64,000 nt of DNA from Malacoraja senta (Eukaryota), in NCBI GenBank assembly GCA_038087875.1, contig CM075989.1:12402001-12466000 (forward strand), read 5' to 3'. Of this stretch, positions 42,759 through 56,594 are shown in pieces. Below the pieces are notes generated by a model, which made no database searches, was not told where the DNA came from, and was given only the letters and a program-made list of their open reading frames with translations. The position numbers and the translations under genes are program-made. How positions within the stretch are numbered: the stretch's first letter is position 1; each line of letters begins with the position of its first letter.

Positions 42759-43854
42759 ATAGACCAAGTCCCATTCCCCCAACGTAATATTCCAGCACTC
42801 ACCCATAGCCCCCAACTGCGCAGGCGCAGCTGAGGGGTTCCCGTTGTGATGCCAGAGATGCCCGTTGTGACGTGAGTCACGGCAACACTCCCCCAACTGC
42901 ACCTCGCCATCACGGCAACTCTCCACCAACTATGCATCGCCATCTCTCTTCCTACCGCTATCCTCCTCCATTCCCCCTCATCCCCAGGACTCACTCCCCT
43001 TCCTCTTCACCCTCCCTCTTTTTTCCCCTGTCTTCCTTCCCTCCCCCACTCCTTCCCACACCTCTCCCTTCCTCTCCTTTCCCCTACCCTCAGTCACTCC
43101 CTCCCTCCCTCCATAACCCCTCTCCCCTCCCTACCCCCTCCTCACCCTCTATCTCCCCCCCTCCCGCACTCTCCCTCCTCACCTCCCCCACTTTCCCCTC
43201 CCTCTCCCTCCCTACCCCCTCCTCTCCCATAATCCCATCAGCTTCCCTCCTCACCTCCTAAGGATCTCGATGTAAACCACCGCCGGCTCCATTTTCTCCA
43301 GCAGGGTGGCGATGAAGTTGTACTTGAGGCGGGGGTTGTCGAGGGAGGTGGCGAGCATCCTGGAGCCAGGGGAGGGCTTGAGGCGGGTGCTGTTGGGGGT
43401 GGTGGGGGAGAAGAGGGGCGAGTGTCTTGGAGCTGGAGGAGGGGAGGGAGAGACCGAGGGCACCCGGCGCAGCCTGTTCCAGCCCCCCGGTCCCCGGGGT
43501 GTGGGGGCAGAAAGTACAATGGAAGGGAACCTGCCCGTGGAGCCGTCGGGTCGCCATTGTGACGGGGGGGAAAAAGGTCTGAAATTGTGCATAGGCCGCG
43601 ATGAGAACCCGTGGGGTGTCCTTTGTGACGCCTGTCAAGTAAAGTGGGGGCACTGTTTTTAAAAAAAAGTTTAAAACGTCAATAACTTGTAAAATATACC
43701 ATCAATCGGAACAAAACTTTTAAAATTTACATCACAGGACAATGGTGAGTAAGGTGGGCCAAAAATTGTAGCGCTATCGTGTACCGTTTTTGCGCAATAC
43801 AAGCCGGGTAAACAAACGGACAATCAAACAAGATGGGAGTTTTAGTAATATAGA
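42759..43854 (-). mobile_element. Non-autonomous Helitron-like element with HTRA2-like cargo
   Basis: Left end tagaccaagtcccattcccccaac matches 36026 onward with the first hairpin deleted. Right end gagttttagtaatataga matches the family terminus and is followed by AGAT-like repeats. Confidence 0.72.
43255..43557 (-). pseudogene. HTRA2-like exon-1 fragment carried in a Helitron-like element
   Basis: 43340-43255 encodes [28 protein letters not shown](R), resembling HTRA2 [28 protein letters not shown], followed by a phase-2 donor AG|GTGAGG. An upstream Kozak ATG at 43557 (MATRRL...) is in another frame, implying a frameshift. No downstream HtrA exons were seen. Confidence 0.82.
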
Positions 43855-46800
43855 GAAAGAAGATAGATTGTGCAATACATTTGATAACTTTCAATGAGGT
43901 CTAAAATATTTTGCTTTATCAATATTTTTGAAATATTCTTGGTGACACTCCTTTCCATTACTTTGAATAATTGTGAATCAGCTGTAATGTTTTTTTTATT
44001 TTAAAGAAGAGTGTTTGCTGTACTGATCCAGAACTTCAATCCATTAATCTACTATAATGAGAAAACCTAATGACAAATTGGAAAATTTAGATGTCAGGAA
44101 AGAAATTGTCTCAGTCATTAAGAGAGGTAGAGAAAAGCTGATAGAATTAAGCCAATTTTAGGATGGTAAAATATAACTGTTGAAAATTACCATTATTAAA
44201 TTATTTGGTGCTAAAATGTATAACCAATGATGATTTGTCCTAGATTTTATCATTCTGAAACAAAATTCCTTTTAATGCAGTCTTTTCTGCAGGGATATTA
44301 ACACTGGAAATGCAGTTGCTTGACTAAACCATACGTGTGTCATAGAGATGCCACTTAATTATGTTTGCAGTTAAAAGAGATTGTTGATCAGAATACTCAA
44401 TACCTGTATTAACCTTTTGATCTCAATCACATCAACATGTTCAATAGCTTCTAGCTTTTCTCTTTGCTTTTCCATTTCATGATGCAACATGTTCGGTCAA
44501 GTGAAGTAAATATTTAAGCAGAGTGTTGGTTTAGCTCAATGTTTGTTTGAGACATATTTTCCTGTTGGCTTAATCCATGCTTTTTTTAAAGTAACAGTAT
44601 CTTATGAGGATTTACTTAGTGGAACTTTTCTGTGTTGCAGAGAATTCTGGGGCAGCTACCAATGCTATTGTTTCTTAATCTGTTCCTATATGGTCAAATG
44701 ATTTTATTGTAATTCAAACAAGAAGCAAAAGTTTCAGTATGAGGAATACTGAGAAGCTTTACATTTTATTCAAAACATCAGCAAGGCAAAATTTGCTCCC
44801 AATCCTGAATTTAGATGGTCTTGTGTTGTGACTAATCCTGCAATACAGAAATTATCCTACTTGTTTCCATTATAGAAAATGAAATGTTAAAATTTCAATG
44901 GTTTAATTTAAAGAATTGGATGAGTTTACCTAATTACCTAAAATGCAAAAACAAATTGCTGGAGAAGCTCAAAGGGTCAAGCAACATTTGTGGAGGCAAA
45001 GGGATAGTTTACATTTTGGGTCATGACTGAAATTGTAGAGAGAAGGTAACCAATATGAATAGGTGAGAGGGAGGGGTGAAATAGAGGTTGGTAGTTGGAA
45101 CCTTGGTGAAGTGGGAATTGTTGGGGGAGGGGCAGTGGGATTTTAGGGACGGAGGCTGATGGTGATAGGTGGAAATTGGTAAGAAGAAATTGCGGAGGGA
45201 TGATAGGCAGAAGGAATCAGATGGGGAAGGGATTAGGAAAGTTACAGTACTTTGAACAATATCTAACAGTATTAATGAAAACTGTAGATACTGGAATGTG
45301 GAGCAAAGAACAAGCAGCTCGAGCAACACTGTTAATAATGCTTTCATGACGTGATTGTTACATTTCTCAAGAACAATAAATTCAGATATATTGTGATTAA
45401 ACAGCTGGTCAGGCAGGGGTTAAAGCAAAATATGCGGTTGATGTTTGGTGACGTTCGTCATTAAAACTGGCTAATTTATTTATTTTGGACCCATATAATT
45501 TATAATTTACACAGTGTAATGGAAAACCCGTTATATAACTATACAGAAAAGAACTTTGGAAGCACTGATAAAGAAATCACACATTGACTGTTTTAGAAGG
45601 TTCATTTAAAGTTTAAAGAGTAGCAACCTAGAAACTATTCCTGTCACTAAAGGCATGTTAACTGCAACACAGGGTGAGCCAGCATTTCTTTTATATGTGG
45701 GCTCCAGAAGCAATACATGAGACCCATGAGGTCACACACACGGATTGGGATATGTTTGTACAAACACACAAAGGGAAGGGCAATATCATGATGCTTTCAT
45801 GCATTCTCTGCCTTAAAAAAAAGACTGTTCTTAATTTTTTTTTTGACTTTGACCAAAGTAGTAACACATATTGACGGGTCTCTTAATAAACTATAAGGTA
45901 TTTTAGGATTAGGATATATGTGAAGACAAAGGGTACAAGAGCAAGCAGTCATATTGTGCACATCTGCAACTGAAATATTGCATCCAATGCTGGGGACCAT
46001 ACCTTAGGAAGGATGTGAAGATCCTAGAAAGGTGGATAAAATATTTGCCACCTTGGTTCCAGGAAAGCTATGTGGTTGGTGAAGGTAGGGAGAGAATGAG
46101 TAATGCAGAGATCAACAAGACTTCAGAGAAGATGGAATCACTGAAGGGAACACCTAAAGAAATAGATATCAGGATGAAGACGGGTTCTTTAGGTTCCCTG
46201 GTAGCAATCCAGATGAAGTCATGCCTCTTCAAAATAATGTTGTGAGAGGCTTCAAACCTCCTGTAAAGATCATATTCAGTCTGTGGTGCCTGAGGCTTAT
46301 CAGTGCAGTGTAACACCACTGTGAAACCCTCATGGTCTCCATACACGTACAATATTCCAGGATAGGTACGCAATCATGTTTCGCTGTCACACTTTGAATG
46401 AAATCTGTTTCTTTTATCCAACCGATTTATATTAAAAATGTTGTGCTGCATGATAGAATTTTGTTGAAAAGTGGTGATGAAATAACTAGTTCAATTTCAG
46501 CTGGCATAGATGCTGTTGTGCCATAAGTTTATATGTCCCTATGACATGTAAATCTATGGTATTCAAGCATTTATATCTGTATAGCCCACTGGTAGGAGTA
46601 AAATGTTGTGTAATTTTTTCATGTCAGATACTTCAAGCTTCTGCACCAACAAAGTGATTACTTGAAGAATGAAAGGAGAAAGAGAATTCAGAAACACTTG
46701 AATATTTTAACATGACATTTCCGCTCTATAACTGTCTATAATACATTTGACCCTAATTGAAACAGAAAAGCTAAAGATTTATCAGTCACAGTTATTGTAC

Positions 46801-47833
46801 ATTTACTAGGTTTTCTTTATTTATCTGTGGACAGTGGCACAAAAAAAAGAATAAAAGCAAGCGCTGTTTAGACAGAATGCCTTAAGACAAATTATAGAAG
46901 TCCCTTTGTTGTCATTTCATTCCATCTGATGTGCATTTGGCACATCTACTCCTGATAATGAATTACTTCAAGATGCCACAGCAATTTCAAAGGTTTCAAA
47001 GCATTCTATTGAGCACATCGATTTACTTAGGATGTTGCAGCTGAAAGAAAATCAAGATATGCTTTTCAGAAAGATTACATATAAAAATCTCTAAAATGCA
47101 ATGACTATAATAGAAGAGTAATTTATAGACACAATACTTTAAGAAGTATACAGTTAAGTGAAGAATAATGTCTCTCTTTTGAATGAAATATTTAGTTTGC
47201 TTGTTTGATTATCTAGGACTTCCAATGCCCTACAATAAAGTGGATACACACAAATGATACAGTGGATTTTTACCCATGCTGCAGTGCCATTAGTCAGTAG
47301 ACGGTATGAGAGGAGGTGTAAATAACCTCTAAATCTAATCAGCATATTCATACTTCATTCAAGTATATATGTGTGAAATTTTACTCAGTAACTCTATAAT
47401 TGAACTGTAGATTAAAGCTTTGAAATGCCCTGCTGTTACATTATTTTCTGCACTAAGCTACATACAATGGAATTTTATTTCAGACCATTTTTGCCATGTT
47501 TCTTTACCATATTGAATGAAGCAAATATGGTTCATCAGAACAATCAGATTTTCTCATAAATTTTCCCTGTAACCAAATATCCCCACATTCCCATCAACTC
47601 TTTTTGGCCAGTTAATCTACCAACCTGCACATCTTTTGGAATGTGTGGAAATCCACATGGTCACCTGAGAATGTTCCAACTGCACATAAATGGCTCCCAA
47701 AGTCAGGATTGAACACAGATTGCTGGAATTGGGAGGCAGCAGCTCTACCAACTGCCCCACCCTACAACTGTTTAATAAGTAGGCAGTGATCTGATAAATG
47801 CAGTATTAATGCAGCAAACTACATGTATATCAC

Positions 47834-48888
47834 CGGGGTCCCACAGGGATGTGTGCTGAGCCCTCTGTTGTTCACGCTGATGACACATGACTGTTGTGCC
47901 AAACACAACTCGAACCACATCATCAAGTTCGCAGATGACACAACAGTGGTGGGCTTCATCAGCCACGATGACGACTCAGCCTACAGAGAGGAGGTACAAC
48001 AACTCATCAACTGGTGTGACATCAATAACCTTCAACAATGTCAATAAAACAAAATAAATAACTGTGGACTTCAGGAAGAAACAGGCAGCACACACCCCAC
48101 TCACCATAAATGGCAGTGCAGTGGAGTCTGTGAAAAGCACCAAGTTCCTAGGAGTACACATCACAGATGATCAGACATGGTCCACCAACACCATCTCCCT
48201 AGTCAAGAAAGCACAGCAACGCCTCCACTTCCTTCGACGGATGAGGAGAGCCGACTTCCCCCCTTCTGCCCTCACAACTTTTTACAGGGGTGCCATTGAG
48301 AGCATTCTTACCAGCAGTCTCTCAGTCTGGTATGGCAGTTGCTCTGCTGCTGACCAGAAGGCCCTACAGAGAGTGGTGCGGACAGCGGAGAAGATCACTA
48401 GATCACCCCAACTAGCAATCCAGGACTTATACCCATCTCGCTGTCGCAAGAGAGCAACCAATATCATCAAAGACACCACCCACCCAGCACACAAACTGTT
48501 CACCCTCCTACCATCCGGCAAGCGCTACCGCAGCATGCGGAGCAAAACCACCAGATTCAAAAACAGCTTTTTCCCTCAGGCCATCAGACTACTCAACACA
48601 CTCAAGAAAATACCATGCACATTACACAAACAAAGACCAACTGACTGTCAAATTAACTTTAACTCAATGTCTGCAGTATGCTATTTGCACTTTTCTATAT
48701 TGCACCTTTTATTAATGAATATTTTATATAATATATATGTCCATTGTCTATTTTTATTGGTATATTGTCTGTGTGTTATAAATATTACTTGCACATTGGA
48801 GTATGGGGAAACGCAATTTCAATCCTCTGTGTAACTACTTGTTGCATTATTTGAATTGACAATAAAGTTTACTATTACTATTATTATC
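47834..48888 (+). mobile_element. Rex1/Babar LINE 3' part
   Basis: GVPQGCVLSPLLFTLMTHDC...KFADDTTVVG, then a frameshift, then KAQQRLHFLRR...SFFPQAIRLLN; AATAAA plus tandem tail. Confidence 0.92.
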
Positions 48889-48889
48889 A

Positions 48890-49617
48890 TGAAACATAGA
48901 AAGTAGGTCATTCGGCCCTTCGAGCCAGCACCGCCATTCAATATGATCATGGCTGTTCATCCTGAATCAGTACCCCGTTCCTGCTTTCTCCCCATTTTCC
49001 TTGATTCCGTTATCCCTAAGATCTATATCTAACTCTCTTGAATACATCCAGTGAATTGGCCTCCACTGCCTTCTGTGGCAGAGAATTCCACAGATTCACA
49101 ACTCTCTGGGTGAAAAAGTTTTTCCTCATCTCAGTCCTAAATGGCCTAACCCTTATTCTTAAACTGTGACCCCTGGTTCTGGACTCGCCCAACATCGGGA
49201 ACATTTTTCCTGCATCTAGCCGGTCCAATCCCTTAATAATTTTATATGTTTCTATAAGATTCCCTCTTATCCTTTTAAATTCCAGTGAATATAAGCCCAG
49301 TCGATCCAATCTTTCATCATATGTCAGTCCAGCCATCCCAGGAATTAACCTGGTGAACCTATGCTGCACTCCCTCAATAGCAAAAATGTCCTTCCTCAAA
49401 CTAGGAGACCAAAACAGGACACAATACTCCAGGTGCGATCTCATCATGTACAATGCAGTAGGACCTCCTTGCTCAAACCCTCTCGCTATGAAGGCCAACA
49501 TGCCATTTGCTTTCTTCATTGCCTGCTGTATCTGCATGCTTACTTTCAGTGACTGATGTACAAGGTCAACTAGGCCTCATTGCACCCCCCCTTTTCCTAA
49601 TCTGACATCATTCAGAT
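48890..49617 (-). mobile_element. CR1/HER1-type LINE 3' fragment
   Basis: ORF 49016-49537 (KKANGMLAFIARG...RVVNLWNSLPQKAVEA). Confidence 0.93.
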
Positions 49618-50309
49618 ACTGGTAGTCACAAAATGCTGGAGTAATTCAGCAGGACAGGCAGCATCTCTGGAGAGAAGAAATGGGTACATAGATTTTCTTG
49701 ATCATTTAATAAAATGTAAGGTCCAGTGGCCCATGTCAAGTAATTGTCAACCATTCTGTAAAGATGCACAGTGGGAAATGGTATGAAACTATAAGCAAGA
49801 TGCATGATGATCAACTGCATCCTGATTAAGCAAAGCAGTATTTAATGCTATCAGCAAATACAAACCAAAGCAGAGAGAGGAGTGAGATTGGATTAGAAAG
49901 CAAATCATTATCACTGTTCTCTATTTTTTAAGAAAGCAGATACCTTTCACTTTGGACACATGTTTTAATTTTCTGCATTTTTTCAACTGGCAGCAGAATC
50001 AATGCCGGTGGAATATGTCAAAATAAAATTCTCACAAGGCTGTTCAACTGGGATTTCAAACTGCTAAAATGTTGAATTACAAAGAGGACAGAAAAGGTCA
50101 ACCCACTACACTTTAAATTAAACTGAGGCTATTGATCTAAGGGGTGGGGCTCAAACTATTTACTGCCCACTGCACCACAGGAAGGATGTGAAATCTGTGG
50201 AGTCTGTGCAGAAACCTTTAACAAAATAGTCCTGAGGATGAGGGAGATTAGTTAAATGGTTAGACTGCATTTGTTCTCCTAAAAGTAGAGATGGTTGAAA
50301 AATATATGA

Positions 50310-51120
50310 TAATAATAATAATAATACATTTTATTTATATAGCGCTTTTCAGGACTCAAAGTCGTTTTACATTGAGAGTCAAGAATAAACAATACAAAAT
50401 AGAGCAGTAAGACAGAGATGCAAATGGGAAGGGAACATGGGACTAAGGGTATGCAGAGGTGACGAGATGGGTCTTGAGGCGGGACTGGAAGATGGTGAGG
50501 GACTCAGAATTTCGGATCAGTTGTGGGAGGGAATTCCAGAGCCTGGGAGCTGCCCTGGAGAAGGCTCTGCCTCCAAAAGTGCAGAGGTTTGATTTTGGAG
50601 TGGAGAGGAGACCAGCTGATGTGGATCTGAGGGACCGTGAGGGTTGGTAGGGGGAGAGGAGGTCAATGAGATAAGGGGGGGCCAAGTTGTTGAGGGCTTT
50701 GTAGGTGAGGACCAGGATTTTGTAGATGATCCGGTGGGAAATGGGAAGCCAGTGAAGTTCTTTGAGAACTGGGGTGATGTGGTGCCAGGATTTGGTGTGG
50801 GTAATGAGTCGGGCGGCTGCATTCTGGACCAGTTGGAGTTGGTTGATGTTGCTGGAATTGATTCCAAAGAGAAAAGAGTTACAGTAGTCCAGTCGGGAGG
50901 AGATGAAGGCATGGATGAGTCTTTCAGCAGCGGGGGGTGTGAGAGAGGATCTGATTTTGGCAATGTTGCGGAGGTGAAAAAATGATGTTTTGACAACATG
51001 GCGGATGTAGGCTCAAGGGAGAGGGTTGAGTCAAAGATCACGCCAAGGTTGCGTGCCTGAGGAGATGGGGAGACAGTGGTGTCGTCAATAGTGAGAGTGG
51101 GGTTGTTAATTTTAGTGTCC
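50310..51120 (-). mobile_element. L2-clade LINE 3' fragment
   Basis: ARNLGVIFDSTLS; APPYL..LL.PY.PSRSLRS...RAFSRAAPRLWNSLP...KTHL; tail aaaagcgctatataaataaaatg(tat)n. Confidence 0.9.
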
Positions 51121-51352
51121 AAAATCATTAATGGTGTAGATAAAGTAAATAAATAGAAAATGCTTTCAATGATAAAAGACTGAAGACAGAGGACTGATTT
51201 AAGATAATTGACAAAAAAAAGGAGACTTTTAAGAACACAAGAATATAGAAACAGGATTAGGTCATGTGACCTATCAAGCCTGCCAAATCATTCAATATGA
51301 TCATGGCTGATAGACACTGACCTCATTTCTTCTTCTGTGCTATATCATATAA

Positions 51353-52386
51353 TAGGTATGTTACAAAACTTATCTTCAGCGGCGCTGCATTTCTGTCACT
51401 ACCCGTGTGCGCGACTTTGGCGCCTTTGAGAGTGGGGCGGTTTTAAAATGCGGTATTTCTCCAGCCTATTCAAATCGATTTTGAACAGGCTGTTTAGATG
51501 CTGAAGAAAAATCGCTTCGACATCGGTTTTATTAAATTTATTTTAAACTGCACTGGATAATTTAATTGCTGGAGTAAATTAAAAAGCATCTTCTAAAGCC
51601 GTCAACACCAACAACGGGGACGGATTTCACGCACGGGACAGGTAAAAGAAAGCCGTTTATTTTACATATAAACTTGCTTCTTAGGATGCCTTTAATCAAA
51701 ATTTCACGTTGCGAAAATGTGATTATGTAAATATACGAACCGGCAGTAGTTTTCCTGCCGATATGGGGTTTAAATTCACCGAAACCACGACGTTCCAAAC
51801 GATCACGTTCCACAAAATCCCACTCGTAAGATGATTTAAATGGCCATTAATTTACGAGAATTAAACACTAAATTCCTTCCATTTGGCCTATAAATTCATG
51901 ACAATGAGATTTAAAAATCATGTTATATTGTGAATTCTTGTGTGAATGTTATTTGGACACTTAGGCTATTTAAAAATGTTAATCTTTTCTTAAGAAATTG
52001 ATAGATGTTTAGATCTAGTAATTGAATTTTGTAAATTAGGTAACTAATTAATTATATGCTTTAATTTCAGGTCATCCAAGTAAGTTTGTTTCATATTTGT
52101 TTCAGAATGCTTCAATCTATAATAACTGAAAATTTCATTCAGTTCTCTTAATTTTTAAGAAGTTATGGGCTTTTGACTGTCCTCGATCACAGCTTTTGAG
52201 TTAAGTCAATAGAAAAGCAATAGGGAACAAGATGCTAATTTCTGAGTATGACAATGGCCATAACCTTTTTAATACTGAAGATATGAAAGTGAATTAGGTG
52301 TCAAATTAAACTTCTTTTTATGCTTTATCTGATGGGATAAATTGCAGACTTCATTTTTAAAATCTCAAAATTTTGTAACATTGCTA
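51353..52386. mobile_element. Non-autonomous TIR DNA transposon (hAT-like TAG...CTA ends)
   Basis: TIRs TAGGTATGTTACAAAA / TAGCAATGTTACAAAA; flanking 7-bp direct repeat CATATAA at 51346-51352 and 52387-52393. Confidence 0.7.
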
Positions 52387-53172
52387 CATATAACCATATA
52401 ACAATTACAGCACGGAAACAGGCCATCTCGGCCCTTCTAGTCCGTGCCGAACACTTATTCTCCCCTAGTCCCATCTACCTGCATATCCCCCCCCCCCCCC
52501 CCCCATAGCCTGCAATTCCTTGATTTTCAAAAATGTACCTGCCTCAACGTTAAATGCTTGGAATAATTTAGCCTCCACGATACTTTAGGATAGAGAATTC
52601 CAGATATTCACCAACCTCCACAAAAATAGAATCTGTGCTTTGAATAACTGGCCCCTTGTAATTATGTCCTATTATTTGAGATTCTCCACGTGAAACAGCA
52701 ACTGTTCATAACATATAATTCACCCTGTGAAATCCCCCCAGAATCTTGCTCATTTCAATTATATCATCACTTATTCTTTTGAATTCAGTTGAATGTAGAT
52801 CCAACTTTTCCTCATTTGACAAAACTTCCACACCAGGAATCAGTTTTCTCATAATTGCCTTCAATTTAAGTATGAGCCCCCTTAAATATAGAGAATGAAA
52901 CTGACCAGGTGACTTACCAAATAACCACTCAACCTGCATGTTGATTCTTTGTTTCATGAATGAAGATGCCCAGATCGTAGGGTAGTGCAGCATTATGTAG
53001 ACACCGTCCATTTAAATAATATTGTGCCTTTCAGCAATTCACATCAAAATTGGTAACCTCATAATGCAGTAAATTGTGATTCTTCTTGCAGAACCTTTGG
53101 TTCAAATCTAACCTCTGATGCTGTCTGTGTGGAGTTTGCATTTTCTCTCTATGACCATGTGGGTTTAGTTTT

Positions 53173-53425
53173 AAGGTAGACACAAAATGCTGGATTAATT
53201 CAGCGGGACAGGCAGCATAATGGGTGACGTTTTGGGTCGAGACCCTTCTTCAGACTGAAGAAGGGTCTCGACCAAAAACGTCACCCACTCCTTCTCTCCA
53301 GAGAATGGGTGACGTTTTGGGTCAAGATTACTCCTCTCCAGAGATGCTCCCTGTCCTGCTGAGTTACTCCAGGATTTTGTGTCTACCTTCGATTTAAACC
53401 AGCATCTGTAGTTCTTTCCTACACA
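53173..53425. mobile_element. Palindromic Penelope pLTR-derived element inserted in a V-SINE
   Basis: Inversion centre ttcag-a-ctgaa at 53254; flanked by V-SINE sequence (gtgtggagtttgca...cccacatgcaaaagac). Confidence 0.8.
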
Positions 53426-54454
53426 TGGGTTTTGTTTTATTCCCACATGCAAAAGACGCTGTCTGGTGGTTTTAATTGCCACTGTGCCAAGCCAAGTCCA
53501 GATGGATGAAAGGAGAATTAGGTTGTAGTTGATAGGCATGTGAGATTGGGGTACAGCATAATAACTGGTATGGGGAACGGGAGTGCACTGAGAGAGATCC
53601 AATATAGACAAATTGTTATAGAATATGGGGAAAAAAGTGTGAATTTCCCCAATTTAAGGCCCACTTAACATTTTTTTCTAGTTGTTTAATCTATCTATAT
53701 CCATTTTTAAGATTGAGTTCCTTATTGGTTGATTTCGGACCTAAAAAATAGCTAAACAGGTACAAGAAAAGGCAGTTGCAATTGGTGGATAAATTATCTG
53801 ATCCCACTGGGATAGTGGGGGTAGCAAGGGAGAAAATTGCAGAGACCCTGGCCATAATCTTCAAAACATCTACAGATTTAGGGGTAGTGCTTAAGGATTG
53901 CTAAATTGCAAATGTTACAGCCTTGTTCAAAATGTAAGTGTAGGGGTAAACCCATCAATTACTGACTGGCATGTGTAACAGTTTTGGGGTAAGTTTTAGA
54001 AACAGTAATAAAGGACAGAATTAGCAGTCAGATGCACAAGTGTGGATTGATTAGAAAATGGCAGAATGGGTTTGTTTAAGCATGCCATGTCCAGCTAACT
54101 TGATTAAGCTTTTTGATGAAGTAAGAGAGGGTTCATGAAAGAAATGCAGTTTGTGGCATATATATACTTTTAACAGGCACATCGTATGGTCCTGCAGATT
54201 GGGCATCATCAACATTGAAGACCATGAAATAAAAGGGAATGTGGATGCATGGAGGGGAAAATAACTATGTAACAAAACAGAAAGATGTTTATTTTAGGCT
54301 GGAGGCAAGTGCACAGTGGATTTCCTTAGTGATTAGTACATGAACACTGGTTTTCTTAATGTACATCCTTGTACAAATTAATTTAATCAAGCAGGCACTC
54401 GGATATCACAAGTCAATATACATGTCACAAGGCTACCTTTTATTCATTATCATT

Positions 54455-55400
54455 ATGTCTATAGTACATTATATGACCACCACAGTCCTTTATCAAGTCT
54501 TTGATACGATTTGGCATGGAATCAACAGATTCTGACAGTTTCAGAGGATTTTTTATTCTTGATACCACAGCTGGATTATGGCTTCGTTGAGCTTCTGTCT
54601 CGTGGTTCAGTCCTTTTCTTTTAGTCTCTCCTTGATAATTGACCACAAATTCTCAATCTGATTCAGGTTAGGTGAGTACCAGGCCAGTACAAGACATGTA
54701 TCCCCTTCTTTAGGAAAAATTGGGTCACCATCTTTGATGCAGAGCACAGTGCAAGATCTTGCTGGAATATCCTAGATCCATCTGCAAAAGTCTTTGCCAT
54801 CTCCAGCTCTTCTCCGTAATACATCAATATTTTGCGGTGATCTCATTATTCCATCAACTGAGTGCAACAGACCACCATAGTAGCTGAAACATCCTCAGAA
54901 CATCATCTGTTCAGGTCATTTTCTCACCGGCTCTGCGACTGATCTCCGAATATGTTGGCTATGTTGGCCCTGAACCAGGAAATGGCTTTTGTCTGTCCAC
55001 CCATTTACAATCTTTATATTTTCGGGCCTACTGGTATCATTCCTTCATCGCAACAATTAGATTTTTCTTTCACATGTCTTCTGGCAATACGATCAATTTC
55101 AATGAGGCATTGGGGCATAGTGCTTGAGCTTATTGAGACTCCTGCCTCCAAATCTTTCATCAGGGCATTGCTTCTCTTCCTCAGATCCTTCTCACTTTCC
55201 CAAATTAGCAAGGCCCCATCTCTTGGAGTCATCTTCCTTTTACGTTCACATTTGCCTGTTCTCTTGGGTGTTAGTGATCTTATTTTGGACCCTTGCTTGA
55301 CAAGCTTTGATGGAGAAGCTTGGTTCACCCCTACCAGCTTTACGATCTCTTGTTGTGACTTCCTCACCTCATTTCCATTTTGTGAACTGCTTGATGTCTG
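54455..55400 (-). pseudogene. Degenerate Tc1-like transposase
   Basis: N-terminal HTH-like segment (SQQEIVKLVGV...GKCERKRKMTPRD...LMKDLEAGVSISSST) and C-terminal SMPNRIKDLIKDCGGHIMY, resembling Tc1 SMPRRIxAVIxAKGGxTKY. Broken by stops and frameshifts. Confidence 0.82.
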
Positions 55401-56594
55401 TTTTGTGAATTGTTTGTCAAGTTTTTCTTAAATTATGATAAATCACTGGAAATGAATATCCGGAGAATGGAAAATGACCGGAGGAACATTTTGGAGAGAT
55501 TTATAGGGTTTCAGAAAATATATGAACAAATGGTGGACAGAAAAACTCATCATATGAAAAAATAGCAAAGTCAGCCCGTGATTCAATTTATTACCTCAAG
55601 GATGTATGTTAACAGCTTGCTTTTGGATGTATGGGGAGCCACTTCCAAATTTGCAGGTGACACAAAACTTGGAGAAATGGTGAACCATGAGGAGCCATGG
55701 TAGACCATAATAGACTTCAAAGAGATATAATCAAACTAGGAGAATGGGTAAATAAGTAGCAGAAGAATACAGAGAAAAATCTGAGGGTATGTGTTCAGAG
55801 ATGGTTGGAAGGCTCAAGACAGTTTGAGAAACAAACACATTCTTAAAGTGTCCGGATACAAGACAGCAGGGGAGCATTTATTCTTTTTTTTTTAAAGGGT
55901 TGTAAACAGGTGTGGTGACAGAGGACTGTTCAAGATCTATTTATAAAGGAGATGCAACATGACCAATAAAATGAAATCCTTGTCAAAGGAGAAATTAGAA
56001 ATGTACTGGTAAACAATAATATTTGTTAAAAGTCCACAAATGTGAAAATATCTCTTGGGCAAATTCTGAAATCTTTAAAAATGTGACAGAAAATGTGAGC
56101 AAGAAGTAGTAAATGTGCTTCACCGAGATTTTCAAACATCTCTGATAAGATCCCACTTAATAGTCTAATGAATAAGAACAGATTAAATCAAAGGACCTGT
56201 AGCAGAATGGCTGGCTAACCTGGTGCAAGTAAAAAAAAGTAGTCATTTGGACTAGCAGAATACAGTGTGAGATACCATGTTAATATGCAGGAACCATTAT
56301 TGATCATAATGATTGAAGGAAAGTAATGGCCATGCAGTTAGCATGATTGCTGCTGAACATACTGATATTAATATCTCTCAATTACATGTATTGTCATATT
56401 AAATCATTCTTCTGTTCTCCGGCAACTAATTTTAGTCTTTTGCTGATTCCAACAGCTTGTAAGATTGCAATGGATTTTATTGTGCAGCCTCCAGAAATGG
56501 TTAGCAGTAGTCAATTTTACCCATGTGCAATGATCCGAAAGAAAGGATCAAACAAATAATTTACCAGCTAATCTAAAATAGGAACTTTAAGAGG

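Noticed and set aside
46040..46380. 101-aa minus-strand ORF in unique-looking sequence
   Set aside because: No recognisable homology or splice signals.
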